A DNA stretch of 64,000 nucleotides from Eledone cirrhosa (lineage: Eukaryota). Of the stretch, positions 27,051-37,649 are shown in pieces. Location: assembly GCA_964016885.1 (NCBI GenBank), contig CAXHJY010000814.1:1-64000 (forward strand). Reading direction: 5' to 3'. The notes beneath the pieces are model-generated. The model was not told the DNA's origin and did not search any database. It saw only the letters and a program-made list of their open reading frames with translations. Every line of letters starts with the position of its first letter. Positions within the stretch are counted from its first letter, which is position 1. The position numbers and the translations under genes were made by a program.

Positions 27051-29145
27051 GACTTGTGGAGTTATGTCGGACAGCTGTTGTGGCGTGTAGAACGGATCCG
27101 GCTATCGGCCGAGTCCATAGTGAAGATCGACCCGGGGGTGCTCTCGAACCATCGGGTCGTTCAGGATTGGTGGGGTACCTGAGTGAACCCTGGGTGGTCA
27201 GCCCCCCTATTGGGGATTTTTTCTTGTATTTTTATTATTTTGTTATTGTAATTATTGTTTATACATTGTATATGTACCCCCCCCCCCCCCCCACTGTCCC
27301 AGTCTTTTGTATTGTCCCCTATATGTCGGCCCTTGTGGCCAATAAATGAAATCATTATTATTATTATATATACATATATATATTATCACCCGTAACTCCC
27401 AAGGGGTTGTAGGGATCCATATTGATGTAAGGCCCTTATCACAGCACAAAAAAGCTTCACCATCCCAGATCATATTTCTCTCTATGTGAGTAAGAAGAAC
27501 TAAGCCCCGTGAAACTTGGGAGTCTGGTGTAGCTGGAAGAGAGGATGGTTTGGAGTTAAAGGGCTAACCCCTATATCTGAGGGTGTCGTAATTAGCAATA
27601 ATATCAGAAGCTTTCTTAACTGAACCTAACCTAACCCTCTCTGTTAGCATATCTCTAATGAAATACACTGTCCCTTGTGATTTTATATTTTGAAAATGAT
27701 CAAGACTTTAAAGCGATTTAATAACATAGCTTTCTCGTTATTAAGTTGGTGTTTGGAATATAACTTAAAGGTTCTTACATAAAATTATAATGGAAGGTTT
27801 TAAGATAAATATAAGCACTTTAACCCTTTCATTACCATATTTCTAATGAAAGACACTGTTGGTGTTTGGAACTTAACCCTTTAGCATTTCCATTACTTTA
27901 TATATACTATTATATTTTCATGGTAAAGGCTTTACCTCACATAATTATCTCACATAATATCGAATCTATGAGATTTTGAAAGTATTTATTTTGCGAACAA
28001 TACCTTAACATCAGTTTGAGTGACTGGTTACAGCCAGTTTCAACAGAGAGGGGTAGAGAATTCTGGCCGGTTTGAACATTAAAGGGTTAACAAAGGTTCA
28101 TACATAAAATTATAATGGAAGGTTTTTAGATAAATGAAAACACTTAACAAACAATTTTGAAATATATTTATTATAACAAACATTTGACATTATTGTACAA
28201 TATACATAGATTCTACATAATGTTATACATATGTCAACTATATTTTACAGACAAGTTATACAATGATGGAAATATCAAAAAAACATAAAAACCAAATTAA
28301 GTAATGAAAAAAAAACGGGGGTAAAGAAGGGCAGATGTGTCGTGGCGTTGCTTCATGGCTCGTAACAATAATCTTTCATGCGTGATTTAGTTACCGGTTG
28401 ACCAATCGCAAGTCTCGCATGAATATAAACAACTTCCACCCAAAGAAGACATTTCACACTTCTTTGTTGACTAAACTCTAGTTGCTGCTTTGACTTCAAG
28501 AAGATAACATCCATTTTCCTTTCCGTGTCAACACATTGTAAAAATGTAATGGTAATCAAGAAATATTGGCTAGGGAACACTTTCTTTGTATCAAACACGT
28601 TTTTGTTTATTCACTTTTACGGCATGCCGGCACAACATTTTGTAAACCTGTTTCGGTTGTAAATAAATCATGTGAAAATATTATAAAGCCTTATGATATT
28701 TCTGCCACCAACGAATCTGGCATACACACTAAAAAAAAAAAACGTTGGATGTGATATGGGAAAATGCTTTTCCCAAGGTTCTATCATTTTCCACAACAAC
28801 CAGTGAGTATATCTGACTTAGCTAACTCACTTGCCAACAAGTCATTTCACTTGCTTATAACTGTGTTACAGATTCTCTCCATTTGTGGCAACAAACTACA
28901 ACCAAATAACAACTATTATCAACTTCTTCTATGTTACATTTACTGCTAACAAACATTCATCTTCTTGCTATTGCAACTAAACATACTTTTGCTGGTACAA
29001 CAAAATAACATATCTTCCCTTTGCTAAAGATGTGGCTGTATAGGAAAGTAGTGGAAAGGACTATAAACACCATAAATAAGAAGAGGGGGTAAAGAGCTAG
29101 GACTGTTAGGAAACAGGAGTATAGTGGATACATGTGCAAAGCCTT

Positions 29146-29195
29146 AGTGACGTCACTTCCGCCTAAATATGGAGGCGCCAAATCTTTCCCAGTCT
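29146..29195 (+). promoter_or_regulatory. Compact promoter-like element: CRE palindrome, ETS-like site, TAAATA, CAGT initiator
   Basis: AGTGACGTCACT (29146-29157) overlapping ACTTCCG, TAAATA 29164, CAGT 29190, ATCATCATG at 29231. Confidence 0.45.
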
Positions 29196-29230
29196 CCACA
29201 GAACCTCAAAGATATCCAGACACCATCATC

Positions 29231-29871
29231 ATGAATCCTTCAACCAGCAACAACAGCAACTCAGGTCATCACTTCCAACCTGCCAAGACTGACCAATTGG
29301 TTAACTTTCCCACGTTAAATTATTTTTTTAATGTAATTAAGTAAGAAAGATATTAACATTGAATAAATAATTGATTATTGATAAATAGTTGATTATTACG
29401 AGTAATACCAAATTCAACATAAATGCACCATCATCGGAAAGAATGGCATTTATAACTCGGTATACCGAGTTTCTCTTCAACACACAATCACCATTCCTGA
29501 AATATGTGAGAATATATGGAATACATTGTTCTACCAAGACTTTTTTAATAACCTTGTTGACAATGGATTTCACTCAGATGAGGAATATCTTGCTATTATT
29601 ACAGACGACTATAATAGAAAATGTGCCGAAAAACAGTCCAACGAAGCAAATAAAAACCAACAACATCGATTTGGGACTCCGTCTCCAGCTAGATGTGGGT
29701 CAACACTGGTGTTGTCTCCAGCTAGATGTGGGTCAACACTGGCGTTGTCTCCAGCTAGATGTGGGTCAACACTGCTGTTGTCTCCACCAGAGTCAGACAA
29801 CTCCAATAAAGAGAACCGAGGAATCAATGATGCAGTCTCGTACTGATGCACCTCCGCCAGATCCTTTATAA
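29231..29871 (+). pseudogene. Orphan coding relic with two overlapping open frames and an in-frame 33-bp x3 repeat (29681-29786)
   Basis: Overlapping ORFs 29389-29871 and ~29406-29846; shares S.[DE]EYLA.I.D[DE]Y with the satellite monomer. Confidence 0.45.
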
Positions 29872-30009
29872 CATCTTTCGTTCCTTAAGCATGTCTTTAT
29901 TATATAATTCTATTGTGTTGTTGTTATTGTTACAGCTCACACCTAAGCAGGTTTAGCTAGACTCCTCCAAGGTATATCTCGGAGGTGTTTTGGGTGATTT
30001 AATGTTAGG

Positions 30010-30160
30010 GACCCCATCTCATTTCTACAGCTGAGTAAACTGGAGCAACGTGAAATAAAGGGTCTTGCTCAAGGAAACAACACATCACCCGGTCCGAAAA
30101 TTGAACTCATAACCTTTCGATAGCAAGCCCAATGCTCTAACCACTAAGCAATGCGCCTTC
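30010..30160 (-). mobile_element. SINE 5' half
   Basis: Matches the 2418 family head. Confidence 0.8.
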
Positions 30161-30532
30161 ACATAATTCTATTATCAATATTTGTACTTTCTTTCTTTAT
30201 GCATGTCGTGGATTGGCAGTATCAGTAGAGGGTCGGACGCCATGCTTTGCAGCACAGTTACGTCCCTTTACGGACTGAGTTCAAGACCCGCCGAGGTTAA
30301 CTTTGCCTTTCATCCTTAACGGGTCGATAAAATAAAGTACCAGTAATACACTGAAATAATTGCTGGCCTTGTGCCAAAAGTAGAAACAATTATTATATAA
30401 TTCTCTTACCAATATTTGTAATTTTCTTATGTAATAAACTGAAAAAAAAAAAATGAAACGGTAACAAAAGAAAAAGAGGAAGAGAGAGATCATCCAGTAA
30501 GTCGGTCTCTCTCTCTCTTCCTCTTTTTTTAA

Positions 30533-31034
30533 ATCAAGATTAGTTGTAGGCAAGAGACTACTGACAATCATCTCTACCTATGCTCCCCAAGCAGAAGGAC
30601 TCTTTAACGAGCAACTTCTAGAGAAAAGATATGTGGATGTGTGCTGCATACAAGAGGTGAGATGGAGAAGTGCCCCAGCAAGGATAATTGCAGGCAAACA
30701 TCTTAGCTATAATCTTCTCTGGGCAGGAAATGATGATGGGTTAGGTAGGGTAGGCATTTTACTGGCCAAGAAGTGGACTGACAAGACAGTAGAGGTAGTT
30801 AGAGTCAGTAATAGAATAATTAAGATTAGATTAGTTGTAGGCAAGAGACTGCTGACAATTATCTCTACCTCTGCTCCCCAGGTGAGCCTAGGTAAAGAAG
30901 AGAAGGAACGCTTTTACGAGCAACTTCTGGAGACAACCATAATGACAGAGGACAGAGACCTAGTCATACTAGCAGGGGACTTTAATGGTCACGTTGGTCA
31001 GCTCCAGGATGGATACACTGGGGTACATGGTTGA
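30533..31034 (+). mobile_element. RTE-clade LINE AP-endonuclease fragment (with a short duplicated piece at 30533-30625)
   Basis: VDVCCIQEVRW, G.VGILL, (Y/S)APQ, ILAGDFNGHVG motifs. Confidence 0.9.
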
Positions 31035-31272
31035 TTAGGAGCTGGGGGATCCAACATGTAGAAGACCACAAACATGTTTGCCTAGAGGCTAAATGCTTTA
31101 AATTCCTCCATCTCCCTCCCTCCCAGCTTGTCTCCCTTCACCAAAAGGACGGTGCATTGTGCAAAACTCTTATCAAATTAGGAGTATGATATTACATTTT
31201 ACGCACAGTCAGCCAGAAATATATTTAACATATGGTTAGATGTGGGGGAATGTAACCCAATTCAAATAAATA

Positions 31273-31368
31273 GGCGGGAAGATAATGTTGATGGGTCCAA
31301 ACATGTAAGGCGCGAAAAAAATGCTGACAAGTCAGAACATGTTTCAGAGAGAAAAAAGAATATAAATA
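31273..31368 (+). promoter_or_regulatory. Putative viral early promoter: two E2F-like sites plus TATA box
   Basis: GGCGGGAA 31273-31280, GGCGCGAAAA 31309-31318, TATAAATA 31361-31368, upstream of the NS1 relic. Confidence 0.5.
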
Positions 31369-31934
31369 GATGGCATCTCTGCAGCTGCAGCGCAGGCTGA
31401 CAGAGGAACATTGAGGGAACGGCGTTACCCCATTTGACACAAGACTTCCACACACACAACAGACCATAAGCTACGAAGGCCTAAAGAAAAGAGATGCGGA
31501 GATGCTGGCAGAGTTGTCGGTAAGTCATGCCATTACATTTACCATTTTATAACTAGAGTGGACCATACACGACTGACGTTACTAAGAAGCCTATTAATTT
31601 GGACGAGTGTTGCAGAGAACGGGACATTGATTACGGTAGAAATGACATATCAATAGAAGACGCAGACGAAAAACTCATCAAGTGTGCAGATAACGTCGAA
31701 GGGGTGGCATCGTTCATAGTGAAGTCAGCCATAAAACTGAAAGAACTGATGCCACCTGCATCAACAACCACAAGAGACAACTTCAATTACAATGTTTTGT
31801 GCGACGGTGCCAAGTAGGCACTTACACGGAGTAATCCCTAAAGGGAAGAGGCATGGTAGAACTATGCACATAACAAAGGACAGTCACGGGGCAGAAATAC
31901 TTAAACACACCACTGGCTGGTTTGTTAACAAGTA

Positions 31935-33922
31935 ATGCCATTGTCAATGGTCGATAAGCACTATAAAAAGCAAACATCCACGCCAGACTGTCAAAGCTAC
32001 AAGCAGCAGCAAGCCAAGATTCAATTCAACAACGCAGTTTTCCACGACGAAACAAACACTGAAAACCAGATAGGCTACACATGGGTACACCAATTCGAAC
32101 ACCCAAAGGAAATAACTTGGGATGAAGCTCCCAGAATCAACACACCAGCCAACACTCTTGTCCATGTCGAAGAGGGCAGGAAAAATTACCTTATGAAGGT
32201 AATCTACAAACAGCCTTCCATTCTAATATTCCACAAAGCAGCATACAGCTAAATGAAACACTGCCATGATATTCCGCATTTCCACATAATATCGTGGCAC
32301 AAAGACCATCCATCAAACATACACTCTTTCCAAATGTTAAAAAGCCTAACAAAAAACAAAGGTACAAACCCATATCAACTTACAGTGCAGAAAATATTTA
32401 ACCTGTACGGGTTTTGCCAATACCTGACACAGAATGATGTAAGATGGGTTGTCGCAGCGAACAAAATAGACACCAAAAGCCAAAAACTCATGCTCAAACA
32501 ACTAACAAAGACTAGCGAAGAATCAGACGATGACAAGAACAAAACACTACACACAAACAAAACAGTCCGAGGAGCCAAGTACAATTTCATTAAAAAAATG
32601 ATGAAAAGATGTAACTTCACGGACATGGGCGATATCATGTGTTTGGTATTTCAGCAAAGTGAAATACCAAACACAGTGGGATAATATATCAAAATACCCC
32701 CAACTTATTAAACATCATACAAGCTGCAGTGACAAAGACGAACATCGAAACAAAGGCAACCCGTATATGGGAACAAATACAATAAAAAAACTGAATACTT
32801 TACAACTATGACAAATACATACCATGACGTACAAACATTAGACATATAGTATATGTCTAATGTTTGTAAATATAGTATATATCTAATGGTATATGTCATA
32901 TACCATGAATGGATAGATCACAACTTTAATCATGACGACTTCAACCACCACACATTTGAAGTATGTCATAAAATCAACCCAAAGATTAATGGACTACACA
33001 TCACAGGGCCATCAAACAGCGGAAAGATCAATCCGCAACGGCCTTATGAATTGCGGCTGAATGCAATGCCAAGCATCGAACAACTTCACCTTTGGCAGTT
33101 GTATAGACAAAACCCTCATATACACAGATGAAATGTGGTTCTCCGCTAACAACATCTTGGAGGCAAAGTGCATCTTAGAAGGCACCGCCACATACATAAA
33201 CATCAAACACCAAATCATCATCATTTTACATCCAGAATTCTCAATTGTTGTGTTCATAGTGTTTGGCAGTAGTATTTATACTGGTTGGATGCCCTTCCTA
33301 ACACCAACACCAAAATGAACGAATATTAATACGGACACCGTCTCTGTCAACCATTAATGTGGGCCCTTGGAATGTCGTGCTCCACGAAATAGACGGTTTG
33401 AAAAACCGGCTTTTTTACTATGAGACAAGACGTCACATGCCGAAATTAAAAGACTGGGGCCGCATTGACCTAAACCCCGTCATGTGGCTAACGATATGGA
33501 AGCCATCCATAGACAAATATGTCCAAAATGCATATAACGAAACATACCTAACATCAAGATCCAAGCCAAACAAAAGATACAGAGTTAATGAAAAAGATAT
33601 TCTTTCACCAAACAGGAAACAACAAATAGTAGAAGTAAGACACAACATAGAAAAATAATTAGAAACACCAGCAACATCTAAAATGACAGCATTCACACCA
33701 ACAAAAATGACTACGCCATGCGAAATGGACCTAGAACTAGCACAGGCGTGCGTCATACACGATGCAGATATGAGTGGCTGCAGCTTTCAAAGAACAAAAG
33801 AAGAATGGAGCCCCTTACTAATCACACCAACGTTGTGACTATCACACAAACATAAAAATTACTTCCTATGATTAAGAGCTAGAGAATATACACCAACACC
33901 CTTCAAGAGATTTTCACTTTAA
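31935..33922 (+). pseudogene. NS1: Endogenous parvovirus/densovirus-like NS1 (HUH endonuclease + SF3 helicase) pseudogene
   Basis: LIFH...HDIPHFHII (HUH), FCQYLTQ (catalytic Tyr), GLHITGPSNSGK (Walker A, 33006-33026), NNFTFGSCIDKTLIYTDE (Walker B), EAKCILEG...KH (B'), RTPSLSTIN (motif C), LKNRLF (Arg finger); stops and frameshifts; AATAAA at ~34020. Confidence 0.9.
33215..33314 (-). mobile_element. 100-bp SINE-tail insertion into NS1 with 9-bp target-site duplication
   Basis: AACACCAAA at 33206-33214 and 33306-33314; insert has (CAT)n and TGGATGCCCTTCCTAACACC as in the SINE 3' end. Confidence 0.85.
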
Positions 33923-34180
33923 CAGCAAATATTTCGAAGATTTATATAAACAAGATGCTGATCAATTTTTTTACTTATTTCTGTAACTTTAAAATATTTT
34001 ATTCTCTTCGCTGTCGCTTAATAAAAGAATTGAACTTAAATCTTGCCTTTGTTATCTTTTACATTAATATATATATGTATGTATGTATGTATGTAAAAGG
34101 TAAACAGAAATAACAACACAATCAGTACTGTATATATATATATATATATATAATGTAGGACGTGAGTTTTATTGTAGAAC

Positions 34181-35684
34181 AATGAGGCATTTAATGATAC
34201 AATCATATTTTATTTTAAATAACTCATGAAGAAAAATCATATTTTTATCACGCAAAAGTTTTACAACACATTTTATATTTATCGCTTTTTTTCAAGAAAA
34301 TTCTTAAATTTTCAGATTTAAAATTCAGTAGAATGTTCTCGATTAGGTTTAAGGTAACTTCTAAGGACTATTAAAAACATTACGTCATTATTTGTCTGAC
34401 GACCATCCTGTAAACATTGATAACCGTCCTGTAAACATTGACAATATGGGGAAAAATAAACTGATTGATCAAGACCTCTGTAAACGCATTGTAGACCTTC
34501 ATACAAATGTTGGTTATAGAAAGATATCTTGTCAGTTAAATGTGCCATTGAGTTCAGTTGGTACTATAATTCGTCACTGGAAATCTCATCATTCCATCTG
34601 TCCTCTAATTAGTTCTGGTCGTCCGAGAAAGATAACGGAACGTGCAGCTCGGTTATTGACGAGAAACGTTGGCAGCAACGAACCCCGGTGTACTCTTAAA
34701 AATCTTCAGGATGACCTAGAAGGAAGTGGAGTAAAAGTGAGCACAGATACAATTAGTCGCTCACTTCGTCGATATGATATCTTCTCGAGGTCTCCAAGGA
34801 AAACACCACTTCTTACGAGGAAACACGTTCTTCCTCGATTAAACTTTGCAAATGAACATCTCATCAAACCTGCATCGTTTTGGGAAGATGTACTTTAGTC
34901 GGACGAAAGAAAATTTGAACTTTTTGGTCGAAATGCTGTGGCAAAAGTCTGGAGAAAGAAAGGTACTGAATATTCGCCAAAGAATACTATTCCAACTGTA
35001 AAATTTGGAGGTGGATCAATCATGGTCTGGGGTTGCTTTAGTGCCACAGGTGTAGGAAATATTGAAATACTAGAAGGAAGAATGGAGGTATTTATTATAG
35101 AGGTATTTTGCAAAGGAATTTACATCAAAGTGTACATTCTCTCAGCTTAAAGCCAGGTTGGTTTTTTTCAACAAGATAACGATCCAAAGCATACTGCAAA
35201 GCTAACACAATCTTGGTTAAGTACGAATGGAATAAATGTTCTAAAATGGCCAAGTCAGTCTCCAGATATTAACCCGATCAAAAAATTTGTGGAGAGAACT
35301 GAAACTCAGAATTCAAAAAAGGAAACCCCAAAATATCCCTGAACTAAAGAAAATTTGTTGTGAAGAATAAAAATATTAGCCAAGAAACATGCAAGAAGTT
35401 TGTAGGAGGCTACTCCAAACGCCTACAGGCTGTAATTAGCAACAAAGGTTACGCTACGAAATATTAAGAGATGATTTAATAAATGTGTTGTAAACTTTTG
35501 CGTTATAAAAATATTGATTTTTCTTCACGAGTTATTTCCTTGTTATTTTTTTTTAAATATGATTGTATCATTAAATACCTCATTATAAGTTCTATCAGCA
35601 GTTAAATTTTCATTACCCTAACTTTATTAAAAATTCCTAAAACCACATTTTTCCTAATATGTTGTAAACTTTTGTGGGGCACTG
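34181..35684 (+). mobile_element. Tc1-family (DD34E, IR/DR-type) transposon; outer part of left TIR missing; transposase pseudogene 34446-35467
   Basis: [44 protein letters not shown](K) with 34-residue spacing; right TIR ends CACTG-TA and contains two TGTTGTAAACTTTTG direct repeats. Confidence 0.95.
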
Positions 35685-35721
35685 TATATATACATGAATA
35701 TACGTATATATATACACATAT

Positions 35722-35770
35722 CTGATGAGAATGCAAATATCGGATGATATTTGTTTTTGAAATGCGCATA
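35722..35770 (+). ncRNA. Minimal Penelope-type hammerhead-like motif
   Basis: CTGATGA-G, stem II CAAATATC-GGAT-GATATTTG, GAAA, palindromic stem III ATGCGCAT-A; stem I not evident. Confidence 0.55.
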
Positions 35771-35954
35771 ATAAAATACATGGAACTTTTTTAACCATCT
35801 TTATATTTCTTCTTATATACTCCAGTCCAATAAACTGTTGAGTGCTACTTATCCGATATTTGCATTGCTTTATTGTTCTACAATAAAACTCACCTCCTAC
35901 ATTATATATATATATACATACATATACTGTACCGATTGTGTTGTTATTTCTGTG

Positions 35955-36561
<607 letters not shown>

Positions 36562-36592
36562 TTTATATATATGTATATATGAATATAACATA

Positions 36593-36797
36593 TGATGACG
36601 TCATCACCAGCGAGCCAGCGCTCGCAGGGAAAATAATTATGAGATTGAAATCATTGGTTACGTGACTGACACTTTTCAAATCATCACTTATGCAGTTAAG
36701 TAACAAAAAATTAATGAAGGCACCACCAGTGCAAGGGCTGCGTCGATGTCAACTCTATGTTGTTCTATTTAAAACCAGTCCTGTTGGCAGTGCAATG
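36593..36797 (+). promoter_or_regulatory. Promoter-like region upstream of the PLA2 relic
   Basis: TGATGACGTCATCA palindrome 36593-36606, TATTTAAAA 36766-36774, CAGT ~36788, ATG 36795. Confidence 0.4.
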
Positions 36798-37160
36798 TCG
36801 CAGGAACGCGGTTGCCCCTTCAGCAGGGGCGCCCCTGAACAGACGTAGACAGAAAAAAAAAACATATACACCAGGAAACACATTAGACTTAGCAGCAAAA
36901 CCACATGACTTGGACTACAACAATCCAGACAAATAATTTATCAACGCCACAATACGAAGCAGACCGACTGGGATAATTGCAAGCGGAGCAATCGCTGCAA
37001 AACATTATCTGGGACTTGATAACTACTTCTGGGGTACCCCAGAGCGTCAACATACTTAGCCTGACATTTCTAATAATAATCAGCCTCTACGTGATATGGG
37101 TGAAATGGGGCCATTATCAATCGATTTCTCAGTACGGATGGCAGGGAACACATATCGGAC
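36795..37160 (+). pseudogene. Parvovirus-type phospholipase A2 (VP1u-like) relic
   Basis: Frame of 36871: GAPLNRRRQKKKTYTPGNTLDLAAKPHDLDYNNPDK*FINATIRSRPTGIIASGAIAAKHYLGLDNYFWG; P.N.LD.AA+.HD..Y with HD at 36904-36909; Ca-binding YxGPG loop not intact. Confidence 0.75.
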
Positions 37161-37164
37161 CAGA

Positions 37165-37645
37165 CATACCACCACCAACACTCACCATCTTCCTTTCCTC
37201 ATTACCTACCACCCCGCACCTCATGCGGCTCGTCCACGACCTCCAGTCAGACCCCTCCACCTCCACTGAACTCACACCCCTCCACTCATTCAAGCGCGAA
37301 CGCAACCTCCGGAAACTTCTCATCCATAGCTCCCTTACTCCTCACACCACAGACACCATCACCCTCCACCTCCACTGAACTCACACCCCTCCACTCATTC
37401 AAGCGTGAACGCAACCCCCGGGTCTTCCTCATCCATAGCTCCCTTCCTCCTCACATCAACACCTTCCACCTAACTCACACCACTCCGGAACTTCATCCAT
37501 AGCACCCTTCCTCCGCACATCACACACACCAGCACCCTCCACCCAACACACACCCTCTATCTCCACCCAACACACACCCTCTACCTCCACCCAACACACA
37601 CCCCTCTACCTCCACCCAACACACACCCCTCCACTCATTCAAGAC
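37165..37645 (+). mobile_element. Penelope-like element RT/GIY-YIG linker fragment with tandem sub-repeats
   Basis: LPFLITYHP ... DLQSDPSTS..PLHSFKRERNLRKLLIHSSL matches the PLE linker P+..TYHP / L+.DP / +R..NL+..L+.S. Confidence 0.7.
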
Positions 37646-37649
37646 ACAA

